Shown here piece by piece: positions 1 to 14,125 of a stretch of DNA of 64,000 nt (its first letter is position 1; every line of letters starts with the position of its first letter). Origin of the DNA: Eledone cirrhosa (lineage: Eukaryota). The stretch covers positions 11,160,001 to 11,224,000 of the forward strand of contig OZ024742.1 of the NCBI GenBank assembly GCA_964016885.1, in the 5' to 3' direction. Both the position numbers and the translations under genes were made by a program. The notes under the pieces were generated by a model. The model searched no databases, had not been told where the DNA came from, and saw only the letters and a list, made by a program, of their open reading frames with translations.

Positions 1-1830
1 CCGTCATGTTTGCTCTAATCTGATCAGTTTTGGAAATTCTACCTGTTTTATGTGAAAAAAGTGGCTCCAGATGTATTAAAATAAGTTTCGCGCCAATTCG
101 TGTTGCAAAAATTATTGTGGTCAAACAATTTTGATTGGTCGGTAGAGGTCATGTGAATGTTAAAAACTGATTTTGCGCCAAATGTAGGTTTGTGTCGGCT
201 GATTGAGAAGTCACTGAAAAATAAGTCTTTCAAGACAAATATGTGTGTGTGTGTAGTAGTAGTAAAGAGGTTCATTGTTTTGATAATGGTCAGTAGGGAT
301 GTGTGTGTGAATTGCAGTTTGTTGACAGGTCAACAGATCAGGTGCCTATTAAGACAAGTGTGTGTGTGTGTGTGTGTGTAGCAGAGTGATTCGTGGTAGA
401 GTGATCGGTCAGTAGGAATGTCTGTACGTGTGTGGGGAATATTTTAACATGTTAAAATATATTTTTCAGCTCTTGTCTTATACGGAGAAGTGTGTGTGTG
501 TGTATATGTCTCTTTGTATGTTAGTGTACGGGTGTGTATGTGTGTGTGTATATATGTGTGTGTATGTGTGTGTGTGTAGGGTGGACCAGTATTTTTGTGA
601 TACTGGTAAAAATGGTGTACATTATTCGATATTTTCAGTAAAAACGATTCTCTCAATAGAACATCAAAACATTAATAATAAAATGTGTGAAATGATATAT
701 AGTATTGTCATAACGCCAAGGTGTGTGTGAATGTCCAGATTGTACGTACTGCAAGGGGAATCCATTAGGCCTTGCCGTATTGGAATACTTGTGTACAAAT
801 ATGTATGTGCCCATCAGTGTGCAATGCATGTGTGCGTATATGTATGTGTGTGTGTCGGCACGTTTATATCTATAGACATCAAAAGGTATGCACATTTGTG
901 TATATTTGTGTTGCACCATAGAACGTGTGTTTACGTATGTCATTGTGTTTATATGTAGATAGAGAGGTATGTAGGATGTATGCTGATGTAGGTATGTATG
1001 TTGACGTGTGTATGTTGTGGGTTCGTCTTAGGGAGAAGTGCTTAGACGGGGTCCGTATTTGTTAATAAAGTGAGATTCCTTGCTGATGCGCTGGGTGTGA
1101 GTGGCATTATCTTTAAATTTGTAGAGGGGAAAGATTCTCCGTATAAGACAAGAGCTGAAAAATATATTTTAACATGTTAAAATATCCCCCACACACGTAC
1201 AGACACATTCCTACTGACCGATCCCTCTACCACGAATTACTCTGCTACACACACACACACTTGTCTTAATAGGCACCTGAACTGTTGACCTGTCAACAAA
1301 CTGCAATTCACACACACATCCCTACTGACCATTATCAAAACAATGAACCTCTTTACTACTACTACTACACACACATACACATATTTGTCTTGAAAGACTT
1401 ATTTTTCAGTGACTTCTCAATCAGCCGACACAAACCTACATTTGGCGCAAAATCAATTTTTAACATTCACATGACCTCTACCGACCAATCAAAATTGTTT
1501 TGACCACAAGAATTTTTGCAACACCAATTGGCGCGAAACTTATTTTAATACATCTGGAGCCACTTTTTTCACATAAAACAGGTAGAATTTCCAAAACTAA
1601 TCAGATTAGAGCAAACATGACGGGCGCTCTATTTGAAAATTATTTTTGAAAAGCATTAGAAATGCGCAACCGGTAAAAACTTAAAACCAAAACTGAATAC
1701 TAACCAATACTTATTACTAATTTTTACTTATTCCTAATTAAACTATTTTTCACTGGGAACAATTTGCCAGCATTTTCTTTTCCTTTTACCAATATATCAT
1801 AACTCGTGTGTTACACCTCTATTCTTTTAA
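1..1830 (-). mobile_element. Penelope-like element 3' remnant with inverted duplication (arms 1-489 and 1135-1623; left arm runs off the window)
   Basis: 1-489 is the reverse complement of 1135-1623. The spacer carries a GIY-YIG C-terminus on the minus strand. The right end abuts (TA)n. Confidence 0.75.
1028..1138 (-). pseudogene. C-terminal fragment of PLE GIY-YIG endonuclease
   Basis: Manual translation RIFPLYKFKDNATHTQRISKESHFINKYGPRLSTSP* resembles the end of the GIY-YIG at 32720-32831 (TIFPFFK...[17 protein letters not shown]). Confidence 0.7.
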
Positions 1831-2134
1831 ATATATATATATGTGTGTGTGTCTGTGTGAATGTGGCGAAGATAATACGTCAGCAATGACGTGTTGGTCA
1901 TAATGTCGTTATACAGACAGCCAGGCATACAGACATATATTCTAAGGTCTCGGCAGAGATGGATAACCGGCGCCTAGCACCCCTTTAACAACAGAAAATT
2001 GAAAAATAAACGCTGCAGTTATATTTTTAGACCGCAAGGAATATATAAATGCAATTCTAAACTCAATCGGAGTAGAATTGTGGATTTGTATAGACTTTGC
2101 AAAAATGAGGACACACACATACAGATAACTACAG

Positions 2135-2183
<49 letters not shown>

Positions 2184-2429
2184 GTATGTAAGTATGTGTG
2201 CGCGAACGAAAAGTAAACGGAAACAACAAAGCACACGATGTAGTACAAATATATTAGTTTAACGCTTGATAAAGTAGGAAAAGTGTCTTAAAGTTTCGGA
2301 CACTAGTCCTTCATTAGAAATTTGAGTGAGAAGAGGAAGAAATGGTAAAAAGAGCTATTCATACATACCATATAAATCAACGACCCTTTGCATCTATCAT
2401 ATATTCATAATGTACCCTTGTCCGAAAGA

Positions 2430-2858
2430 ATACAATCGTGAATACAATCGGCCGAAATGGGGTTCCTCCGAAGGGTCGTTGGAGTAACTTTACTCGGTAA
2501 CGTGCATAACTCGGAGATTAGAGAATAACTCCCGGTAGAGCCGCTACATCTCCGAATTGAGAGATCACAGCTCCGATACTCTGGATATGGGATTAGAATG
2601 TTTCAGGAAACAATCACTGGACAGATTTTACGGGCGAAACCAACAGGCAGGAGACCCAGGGGTAGATCCCGAGCAAGATGGTAGGATAACATCCATGAGA
2701 TTAGCTGATCTCGCTTGGGGATCATGCCAGATCAATTGAAGACAGTTGTTTCTGACAAGATCCTGCTGGAGGAAGTGTTTGAGGACTCTGGCCCCACGAC
2801 ACTCTCAAGAAGAAGAAGAAGAAGAAGAAGAAGAAGAAGAAGAAGAAGAAGAAGAAGA
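2430..2858 (+). mobile_element. RTE-clade LINE 3' end with (AAG)n tail
   Basis: Degenerate translation IERSQLRYSGYGIRM...AKPTGRRPRGRSRARW is typical of the RTE C-terminus. Ends in (AGA)n. Second copy at about 29165-29510. Confidence 0.7.
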
Positions 2859-3204
2859 CCCTTGTTCGACACAATAAATATGTGGCTCTGTTATATTTCA
2901 TTCACGTATTATTGAATATTATAATTCTTTGCTATAAATCAGAGCTACGCTAAAAGTGATGAATAGCAGAAGAGAATATGAAGACCCAACATTACAGCAA
3001 TATATTTCTCATTAATCAGTTGCCAGTAATTAAAGAAAGGCTCCATGTTACGCTGATTAATTATCTTACTGTTTAATTAACTAACAATCAAATTTACTCG
3101 TGTAGTTATACCCCCCCCCCCCCCTTTAAGTAATTAATATAAGTCGGGTGTGTAATGTGAGAGAAAACCACTTATATGTAATGGGTATTATAGAAATTGA
3201 ATAG

Positions 3205-3910
<706 letters not shown>

Positions 3911-4480
3911 TGGCTATTTGCATATCACAAACAGTATTATAGAAAAATTGCTGCATTGTATTTCTTCTTCTATTTTGTGAAATCTCTTTACATATTTAGT
4001 TGATATCTACATGTCAATGACTGCGTTTTTATCCTCCAGGGAACACCATAATTAGCTGCAGTTAAGTACTAAAGTCGATCTAGTATTTGATACAGTGCCA
4101 TTACATTCCGATAAACTCTCTACAGACTCTGTATACTGGATACAAAAGTCTAGTAAATTCCTGCTACTTAGTGCACTGTTTAATATATAATAAAATAAGC
4201 TACGATAGCAAGAACTAATGATTATAAGTGTATTAACATAACTAGTGCGGCTCCGTTACTGCCTCGTTTGTTAGGATTTAAAAGTCTTTTAGTTCTTTAT
4301 TTCTGCCTGAGTTGCGAGACAGGTAGCTGGCTTCTGACACTATTTCTGACTCGTTGAGATACGAGAGAGGTAAAGAGCTCCTCACAAGTATTTCTAACAA
4401 ATATAGAACTTTTTTTGACTTATCAGGGAGGCAGAGAGCCATTAAAAATATTTTTAGGAGTTATATAGGAATAAGTATGA

Positions 4481-4574
4481 CCCCGACGGCAGAACTGAAG
4501 CCGTTTCGACGGCTATTTCTGGACTAAATTAGAAATTTTAGCATGGTGAATAAATAGCCGAACTTGTCAAGGGG
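4481..4574 (-). ncRNA. Type-I hammerhead ribozyme, U3-A8 variant (inverted copy)
   Basis: Reverse complement of 4661-4754. Confidence 0.65.
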
Positions 4575-4660
4575 GTACTTCCTTATATGGGAAGTTTGTA
4601 GTTGTCAAGAGGATTGACAAATCCTCTTGACAACTACAATCTTTCCATATAAGGAAGTAC

Positions 4661-4754
4661 CCCCTTGACAAGTTCGGCTATTTATTCACCATGCTAAAAT
4701 TTCTAATTTAGTCCAGAAATAGCCGTCGAAACGGCTTCAGTTCTGCCGTCGGGG
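4661..4754 (+). ncRNA. Type-I hammerhead ribozyme, U3-A8 core variant
   Basis: cccc-UUGACAA-g..cggctattt/aaatagccg..c-GAAA-cggc/gccg-UC-gggg. Confidence 0.65.
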
Positions 4755-4846
4755 TCATAGTTTTTCCTATTTCACACTCTACTACCCTAAGTATTGAGTA
4801 CTCTGGTGCGTTATGTTCCATCTGGTTCCTTACCACAATTCCTTTG

Positions 4847-4900
<54 letters not shown>

Positions 4901-4973
4901 ATTTACATATACAAACTAAACAAAGTCAGATATATATGTGCTTTGTATAGTATATATATATATATATATATAT

Positions 4974-5175
4974 GGAAAAGAGTCAGGACCCCGACGGCTG
5001 AGCTCTGGCCGTTTCAACAGCTAGTTCTGAACTCGCATTCAGAACAAGCTGTCGAAACGGCCAGAGCTCAGCCGTCGGGGTCCTGACTCTTTTCCTATTA
5101 CCCACTCTACTACCCAAGGTATCGAGTACTGTGGTGCGTTATGGGCCACCTGGTTCCTTACCACACTTCCTTCGT
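4974..5175 (+). mobile_element. Snap-back mini-element (palindrome 4974-5095 plus tail) between (TA)n
   Basis: Hairpin containing GAAAC-ggc...gcc-GUC-gggg (3' half of a hammerhead) followed by the family tail. Confidence 0.75.
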
Positions 5176-5237
<62 letters not shown>

Positions 5238-5491
5238 AATTTGTTTATATATATATGAATATATATACCATAAGAGAGGAGGAGAGGAGAGAAGTTAGAA
5301 AGAAATACGGAGGCAGAATCGAAGAATCGACCGCAGTACTTGACTGATTCTTTAATTTTCAACTTCGAAATAAAAAAAAATAAAAATGACCTTCATAGGA
5401 TTTGAACTGAGAGCAGAGAAATCCGCAGATCATTCTGACATCGTAACATAAATTAAAATACTGAAACATGTGTGAGGCTGTGTGTTAATGT

Positions 5492-5762
5492 TCTCTCTCT
5501 TTCACTCACTGTCTCCATCTCTCTCACTCTCCCCATCTCCCTCTTTCACTCACTGTCTCCATCTCTCTCTTTCACTCACTCTCCCCATCTCTCTCTTTCA
5601 CTCACTCTCCCCATCTCTCTCTTTCACTCACTCTCCCCATCTCTCTCTTTCACTCACTCTCCCCATCTCTCTCTTTCTCTCACTGTCTCCATCTCTCTCA
5701 CTCTCCCCATCTCTCTCTTTCCCTCACTGTCTCCATCTCTCTCACTCTCCCCATCTCTCTCT
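5492..5762. repeat. ~26-bp pyrimidine-rich minisatellite
   Basis: ctctccccatctctctctttcactca repeats. Confidence 0.9.
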
Positions 5763-5775
5763 ATTATATACAAAT

Positions 5776-5900
5776 GGGACCCCCGCACTGGCCGCCACGC
5801 GGTCTCGGTGGACGGAATAGAGAAGGCGTTTCCCCGGAGGATGGGGAGGGAGACGCGTGGGTAGCCAACCCCGTGCCGATGGGAGGTGGGCTTTGGGCCA
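5776..5900 (-). pseudogene. C-terminal fragment of a CRE-type restriction-like endonuclease
   Basis: Translation RVSLPILRGNAFSI resembles the QRLS.AI.RGNA.SI terminus of CRE-clade retrotransposon proteins. Confidence 0.55.
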
Positions 5901-6726
5901 AGGACACCAGAACCCAATGGTGGTGATTAGGGAGGTGGTCCTAGGGCCAAGAACACCAGAAGCCGATGGTGGTGCGTAGGGAGGTGGTCCTAGGGCCAAG
6001 GACTCCAGAAGCCAATGGTGGTGAGTAGGGAGGTGGTCCTAGGGCCAAGGACACCAGAAGCCGATGGTGGTGATTAGGGAGGTGGTCCTAGGGCCAAGGA
6101 CACCAGAAGCCGATGGTGGTGATTAGGGAGGTGGTCCTAGGGCCAAGGACACCAGAAGCCGATGGTGGTGATTAGGGAGGTGGTCCTAGGGCCAAGGGCA
6201 CCTGAACCCAATCGTGGTGAGTAGGGAGATGGTCCTAGGGCCAAGGACACCAGAAGCCAATGGTGGTGATTAGGGAGGTGGTCCTAGGGCCAAGGACACC
6301 AGAAGCCAATCGTGGTGAGTAGGGAGGTGGTCCTAGGGCCAAGGATACCAGAAGCCGATGGTGGTGATTAGGGAGGTGGTCCTAGGGCCTAGGACACCAG
6401 AAGCCGATGGTGGTGAGTAGGGAGGTGGTCCTAGGGCAAAGGGCACTAGAAGCCGATGGTGGTGAGTAGGGAGGTGGTCCTAGGGCAAAGGACACTAGAA
6501 CCCAATGGTGGTGATTAGGGAGGTGGTCCTGGGGCCAAGGACACCAGAACCCAATGATGGTGAGTATGGAGGTGGTCCTAGGGCCAAGGACACCAGAACC
6601 CAATGGTGGTGAGTAGGGAGGTGGTCTTAGAGCCAAGGACACCAGAACCCAATGGTGGTGAGTAGGGAGGTGGTCTTAGAGCCAAGGACACCAGAACCCA
6701 ATGGTGGTGAGTAGGGAGGTGATCCT
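5881..6726. repeat. 49-bp GC-rich minisatellite, about 17 copies
   Basis: Unit gggaggtggtcctagggccaaggacaccagaagccgatggtggtgatta; period 49 (5930, 5979, ...). Confidence 0.95.
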
Positions 6727-7000
6727 AAAAGAATTACCAGTAATATAATACTGAACGTGGTTTCAAATGACCTTTCTAATTACATTCAATAACAGTCCAT
6801 TTGTTTTATTGATAGAGATCAATATATCATTTCTGACAGAGAACATAATATATTTCATAATCGTCACACTCCGTTTCGCTTCATGCTTGGAGGAAGAAAC
6901 CATTGTTATCCACTGGGGAAGATCACTCTTATTGCTTTATTTGCAGCTGATTCATGTTCAATTCCTGCTTGAAGTTGGTTCATTTGTTTAGTTAATAATT

Positions 7001-7200
7001 GTTTCTACTTTTGGCACAAGGCCAGAAATTTGGGGTGAGGGGTAAGTCAATTTAATCGACCTGGTGCTTTATTTTATTGACCCCGTAAGGATGAAAGGCA
7101 AAGTTAACCTCGGCGGGTTTTGAAGTCAGAACTTAATGGGCCATTCTATGATAAAAAGAATCGTGTCTGACGCTCTACCGATACTGCCAATCCGCCAGCC
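7001..7200 (-). mobile_element. tRNA-derived SINE, family 1
   Basis: Contains the core gccgaggttaactttgcctttcatccttacgggg and the 3' end ggccttgtgccaaaagtagaaac. Further copies at 9070, 9340 and 41855. Confidence 0.75.
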
Positions 7201-8825
7201 TAGCAACAACAATAATAATAAGAACAACAACAACTAGCGAAAGAGTCAGCGCCAAAGGTGGGTGGGTGGCATTAGGAAGTTGCTCACCACGTTAGAAATA
7301 GCAGCCAAATCTTTTTTATGTAACAGAGTATCATTAAGAAAAAGTTAGTTAAAGGATCTACTTGCTAATATAGACGCAGATAACCCTCAAGGATAAGGTA
7401 TGGTTACGGCAAAAATAGCTGCCGTTATAATTCTGCGGGAATATCTATGTAGTAACTTGGTTTGCTAGAAATAGCAGCCAAATCCTTTATAAATTCCATC
7501 GTACCATCTTAGAAACAGGGAAGGCTGCACAAGGTAATGTCATTAGGCTTACAGAGTTGGGATGTTTACGGCTGGAAAGTCTTTGGTCATAAATCAAAGA
7601 GAACGTCTACCCAGTCACTTACTCTTCTAGAAATCACAACTAAATATAGTTTAAATAACATCTTATCACCCTAGAAAATTAAACTGTTAATAGCATGGTC
7701 TTGTGTTATCTCGTACACATGAAAGTAGATGGAATGGTCACGGATGGAATATATCTGCTCGTTCAGGGTTGACTTCGGTCAGTCTAACAACAAAACTAAT
7801 AAAGACAATAACAAATAACCTCCCGCTGGGTATAGCTTTGCCTTTCATCAACATCATCATCATCATTTTACGTCCGCTTTTCCCTGCTTGCAAGGGTTGG
7901 ACGGGTCCTATTCAGCACAGCATCTCTCCACTTGTCACGGACCTTCGTCATCTCCACCGAGAGGTCTGCTCTCACCAGCTCCGCTCATGTTTTTCGTGGT
8001 CTTCCTCTACTGCGTCTTCCTTCCACTGGCGTTTCCTGGCACTTCATCGGTCGATAAAGGGAAATACCAGTAACACTCTGGTATCAATTTAATCGACTTT
8101 TCTCTACTCCAGAACTTAAAAGAACGAATCAACTTGGCATGGGTTCCAAGTTTGGATTAAAATTGATGTCATTCAATAGAAGTTGTCTACACACTGGAAA
8201 TCTTCGCAGTGGCATTCGACCAAAAATATTATTGGAACTCATCAGAACAATTCCATAAAAAGAGAACAGACGGAAAAGAATGGAATAAATGTTGAAAGGG
8301 TCTTGAAAAGGTCTAGAACTGAGAGAAATTATCTGCAGAGATATTCCTCTACAACAGACGCACCATTCATGCATAACTTGGTAATTTCCCTTCATAAAAA
8401 CAGCAATCTTATTTAATTGCATACAGAATGTTTTAATAGGCGCAAATTATGTATCGGCGCCATAACGGCAGCGCTTGGACCGTCGACTTTCTGATCTGTA
8501 GTCTGAATCGATCTGTTTGAATTTCATAAATAAACGCAGAAAGAACGCAATAAATAATAAATAAATTGTAGAATAAAGGGAAACGTTAATAACAATAATA
8601 ATAACAATTACAACAACTACAACAGCAACAACATCAATAATAATATTTCGCTAGAGATACTAAATTAAATAGAAGCTTTTCTGTATGAGAAACCAGAAAT
8701 ATTTCATTATCTCTAAATCAGTTACTGCATGCTATATTCTCGGATAGTTTCACATGTTCGTTAGAGTTATTAACTTTGTTATATTGTAATTGTTACTATT
8801 GTTGTTGTTGTTACTGTTGCTATTT

Positions 8826-9060
8826 AAGTCTGTCTCAAGTCAGGAGGCTCGTCAGGTCAGTGTTTATCTCGGTTTCGTGGCATGAAGCGACTGAGTGTAC
8901 AAGAATCTTCCCTGGATAGGACGCCAGTCCATTGCTGGGCTCAACCTCAATGTATTACTGGTACTCATTTTCAGCTGAGTATACTGGAGCATCGTGAAAT
9001 GAAATGTCTTGCTTAAGGGCACAACACATAATCCAGCCCGGGAATCAAACCCATGATATT
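8826..9060 (-). mobile_element. tRNA-derived SINE, family 2
   Basis: B-box-like ggtttgattccc followed by gtgttgtgcccttaagcaagac and tggactggcgtcctatccaggg. Homologous copy at 15673-15960. Confidence 0.7.
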
Positions 9061-9069
9061 ATTATCGTA

Positions 9070-9255
9070 AGGGCGGTGGATTAGCGGTAGAGGATCGGAC
9101 GCCATGCTTTCCAACATAGAGTTACGCCCCTTTATGATCTGAGTTCAAATCCCGCCGAGGTTAACTTTGCCTTTCATCCTTACGGGATCGATAAAATAAA
9201 GTACCAGTAATGCGCTGGGATAATTGCTGGCCTTGTGCCAAAAGTAGAAACAATT
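9070..9255 (+). mobile_element. tRNA-derived SINE, family 1
   Basis: B-box gagttcaaatccc, family core and 3' end. Confidence 0.8.
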
Positions 9256-9339
9256 ATTATCGTAAGTTCAATACTTTTAACACTAGGTCACGCTTACTGT
9301 TGCAGCTATTTATTGCTGCTGTTGTTGTTATTGTCAGTA

Positions 9340-9480
9340 GTGGGGAAGGAGTGGTAGATTTTGTAGAGAGTCGAACAAAAATGTTTTGCAGCATTTATTT
9401 ATGGCTCTTCATGTTCTGAGTTCAAATCCTGCCGAGGTCAGCTTTGCCTTTCATCCGTTCAGAGTTGATAAAGTACCACC
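9340..9480 (+). mobile_element. tRNA-derived SINE, family 1 (partial)
   Basis: gagttcaaatcctgccgaggtcagctttgcctttcatcc. Confidence 0.65.
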
Positions 9481-10236
9481 CCAGTGATGGTGCAGCTTGC
9501 TGGTCCTTCCAACTGTCACATCCTGGATCGTCAACTGAATTAATGGACGGATGAACGAGAAGATGTTTACCTACAACTATATGAGCGCTAAAAACGCCTT
9601 AAATAACGCATGTTAAATAATACCAAGTCATTCTCAACTGTATGTGACGGCTGTAGTTTTATTTTTATATCTAGAATTACATTATCTAATGTGTTCTTTC
9701 CTCATTTAAGACGTTAGGTGTAACCCAAGCGTTGTTTGTTTATTATTTCTAGCAGGTTAGGCGACCTCATAGAAGTCACTCTGTTGTTTTTCGGTCAAAA
9801 ACCTTGGCAGAAAGAGGCAGGACTTGAACTTACAATGCCCAGAGGCAGAGCAAGTACCACAGAGAAATCGGTCGGACATGTTAACCATCACTCCAATCAA
9901 TCGACACTGAAATCATAATATATTTATCGATCAAGAAAGAAGAAAATACAAACTTGACCATGTCGAAATGTGATCTTAGACAACAAAGAGCTGCACCAAA
10001 TAACGAGGCATTTAACCCAACGCTCTACTGACTCTGTCTATTGAAGGGTACAAAAACATTTCACATATATCGTTCCTTAGTCTTGAAGCATAGACACGAT
10101 GACAATTTTGTTGGCAGGATTTTCAGGATGAGCTCACTGCAGAGGATTCTGTGTAGAAAGATTTTATTAGACTTCCAAATATTGTATGTGTGTAATAAAA
10201 CATCGATGCACCTGTCTATCGTCTCCCCAACCCCTC

Positions 10237-10537
<301 letters not shown>

Positions 10538-10539
10538 TA

Positions 10540-10591
<52 letters not shown>

Positions 10592-10593
<2 letters not shown>

Positions 10594-10817
10594 CGAAGGA
10601 AATGTGGTAAAGAACGAGATGGACCATAACGCACCAAAGTACTCAATACTTAGGGTAGTAGAGTGAGTAATAGGAACACGTATGACCCCGACGGCAGAAC
10701 TCAAGCCGCTTCGACGGCTATTTCTGGACTGGTAATTCAGCTAATTCTGGACGGCAAATTCAGTCCAAAATTAGCCGTCGAAACGGCTTGAACTCTGCCG
10801 TCGGGGTCATACTTGTT

Positions 10818-10821
<4 letters not shown>
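10592..10821 (-). mobile_element. Snap-back mini-element (tail plus palindrome 10671-10821) between (TA)n
   Basis: Same family, closest to the 4466 copy, with a different palindrome centre. Confidence 0.75.
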
Positions 10822-10863
<42 letters not shown>

Positions 10864-10866
10864 TAT

Positions 10867-10964
10867 AGGGAAAGAGTCAGGACCTAGTACCCACTCTACT
10901 ACCCAAAGTATTGAGGACTCTGGTGCGTTATGGTCCACCTGGTTCCTTACCACACTTCCTTCGT
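10867..10964 (+). mobile_element. Minimal copy: ~17-bp inverted piece plus family tail
   Basis: gaaagagtcaggacc joined to acccactctactacccaaagtattgag..., flanked by (TA)n. Confidence 0.65.
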
Positions 10965-11231
10965 TATATATATGTATATATATATATATATAAAACTAAA
11001 AACGATATAGTGGTAATAGTGGTGAGAGTGGTGATAGCTGTAGTGGGGTAATGGTGATGTTCACTTCTGGTTAACAGATAATGCTGGTTGGCAGCACAAG
11101 ATGGCGGCGGTGGTAAGGCCGCCTGTCACAATCTATTAAGTTATCCAGAAGATATCATTTCAGATTCATCAACCACTTGGAAGGGCAGAAGAGAGGCGAC
11201 CGTCTTCAACACACAACACTGTTTGAAACAT

Positions 11232-14125
11232 AATCACCAACACCACCACTACCATCATCACCGCCACCACCAACACCACCACTACCACCATCACCGCCAC
11301 CACCAAAACCACCTCCAACACCACCAATACCACCATCACCGCCACCACCAACACCACCTCCAACACCACCAATACCACCATCACCGCCACCGCCAACACC
11401 ACCTCTAACACCACCACTACCACCATCACCGCCACCACCAACACCATATAACCACTATCATAACCACCACCACCACTAAGCCACCTCCAACACCACTATA
11501 ACCACTACCACCACCACCACCACCACCATCACCACCACCTCCAACACCATTATAACCACTACTATCACCACCACCACCACTATAACCACTAGCATCATAA
11601 CCATCACTACCACCACCACCACCTCCAACACCATATAACCACTATCATAACCACCACCACCACCACCACCACCACCTCCAAAACCATATAACCACTATCA
11701 TAACCACCACCACCACCACCACCACCTCCAAAACCATATAACCACTATCATAACCACCACCACCACCACCACCACCTCCAAAACCATATAACCACTATCA
11801 TAACCACCACCACCACCACCGCCACCACCAACACCATATAACCACTATCATAACCACCACCACCACCACCTCCAAAACCATATAACCACTATCATAACCA
11901 CCACCACCACCACCACCACCTCCAAAACCATATAACCACTATCATAACCACCACCACCACCACCACCACCTCCAAAACCATATAACCACTATCATAACCA
12001 CCACCACAACCACCACCACCTCCAAAACCATATAACCACTATCATAACCACCACCACCACCACCACCACCTCCAAAACCATATAACCACTATCATAACCA
12101 CCACCACCACCACCACCACCTCCAAAACCATATAACCACTATCATAACCACCACCACCACCACCACCACCTCCAAAACCATATAACCACTATCATAACCA
12201 CCACCACCACCACCACCACCACTAAGCCACCTCCAACACCACTATAACCACTACCACCACCACCACCACCACCACCATCACCACCACCTCCAACACTATT
12301 ATAACCACTACTATCACCACCACCACTAATATAACCACTACCATCACCACCACCACCACCACTATAACCACTACCATCACCACCACCAGCACCACCAACA
12401 CCACCACCACTATAACTACTACCATCACTACCAAAACCACCACCTCCAACACCACTATAACCGCTACCATCACCACCACCACCTCCACCACCACCTCCAA
12501 CACCACTATAACCACTACCATCACCACCATCACTACCACCACCACTATAACCACTACCATCACCACCACCACCTCCACCACCACCTCCACCACCACCTCC
12601 AACACCACTATAACCACTACCATGACCACCACCACCTCCACCACCACTTCCAACACCACTATAACCACTACCATCACCACCATCACTACCACCACCACCT
12701 CCAACACCACTATAACCACTACCATCACCACCACCACCTCCACCACCACCTCCACCACCACCTCCAACACCACTATAACCACTACCATCACCACCACCAC
12801 CTCCACCACCACCTCCACCACCACCTCCAACACCACTATAACCACTACCATCACCACCATCACTACCACCACCACCTCCAACACCACTATAACCACTACC
12901 ATCACCACCACCACCTCCACCACCACCTCCAACACCACTATAACCACTACCATCACCACCATCACTACCACCACCACTATAACCACTACCATCACCACAA
13001 CCACCTCCACCACCACCTCCACCACCACCTCCAACACCACTATAACCACTACCATGACCACCACCACCTCCACCACCACTTCCAACACCACTATAACCAC
13101 TACCATCACCACCATCACTACCACCACCACCTCCAACACCACTATAACCGCTACCATCACCACCACCACCACCAACACCACTATAACCACTACCATCACC
13201 ACCACCACCACCAACACCACTATAACCACTACCATCACCACCACCACCACCAACACCACTATAACCACTACCATCACCACCACCACCACCAACACCACTA
13301 TAACCACTACCATCATCACCACCACCACCAACACCACTATAACCACCATCATCACCACCACCACCACCAACACCACTATAACCACTACCATCACTACCAC
13401 CACCACCAACACCACTATAACCACTACCATCACTACCACCACCACCACCAACACCACTATAACCACTACCATCACTACCACCACCACCACCAACACCACT
13501 ATAACCACTACCATCACCACCACCACCACCAACACCACTATAACCACCATCATCACCAACACCACCAACACCACTATAACCACCATCATCACCAACACCA
13601 CCAACACCACTATAACCACTACTATCATCACCACCACCACCAACACCACTATAACCACTACCATCACCACCACCACCACCAACACCACTATAACCACCAT
13701 CATCACCAACACCACCAACACCACTATAACCACCATCATCACCAACACCACCAACACCACTATAACCACTACCATCATCACCACCACCACCAACACCACT
13801 ATAACCACCATCATCACCAACACCACCAACACCATCACCACCAACACCACCTCCAACACCACTATAACCACCACCACCACCACAAACACCAATATAACCA
13901 CCATCATCACCACCACCACCACCAACACCATCACCCCCAACAGCAGCTCCAACACCACTATAACCACCACCACCACCACAAACACCACTATAACCACCAT
14001 CATCACCACCACCACCAACACCATCACCACCAACAGCAGCTCCAACACCGCTATAACCACCACCACCACCAACAACAACACCACAATCCCATCGCCACCA
14101 CCACCTCCAACGTCACCACTACTAC
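11232..14125. repeat. (ACC)n-based compound satellite with ~50-bp and 30-36-bp higher-order units
   Basis: accatataaccactatcataacc(acc)n units, then aacaccactataaccactaccatc(acc)n units. Confidence 0.9.

Larger units (their letters stand above)
4466..4846 (+). mobile_element. PLE-derived snap-back element: ~305-bp near-perfect palindrome (4466-4770) plus 3' tail, ending in (TA)n
   Basis: Arms are reverse complements around ~4617. The tail ACTCTACTACCC.AAGTATTGAGTACTCTGGTGCGTTATG is shared with six other copies. Confidence 0.75.

Noticed and set aside
1641-1680. Hammerhead-like ttgaaaa-gcat/atgc-gcaa-ccgg-ta
   Set aside because: GAAA reads GCAA and stem I is weak; at most a decayed motif.
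2285-2320. Minus-strand hammerhead-like ctaatga-aggac/gtcc-gaaac
   Set aside because: Core G5 is mutated and stems I and III are not convincing; probably a dead copy.
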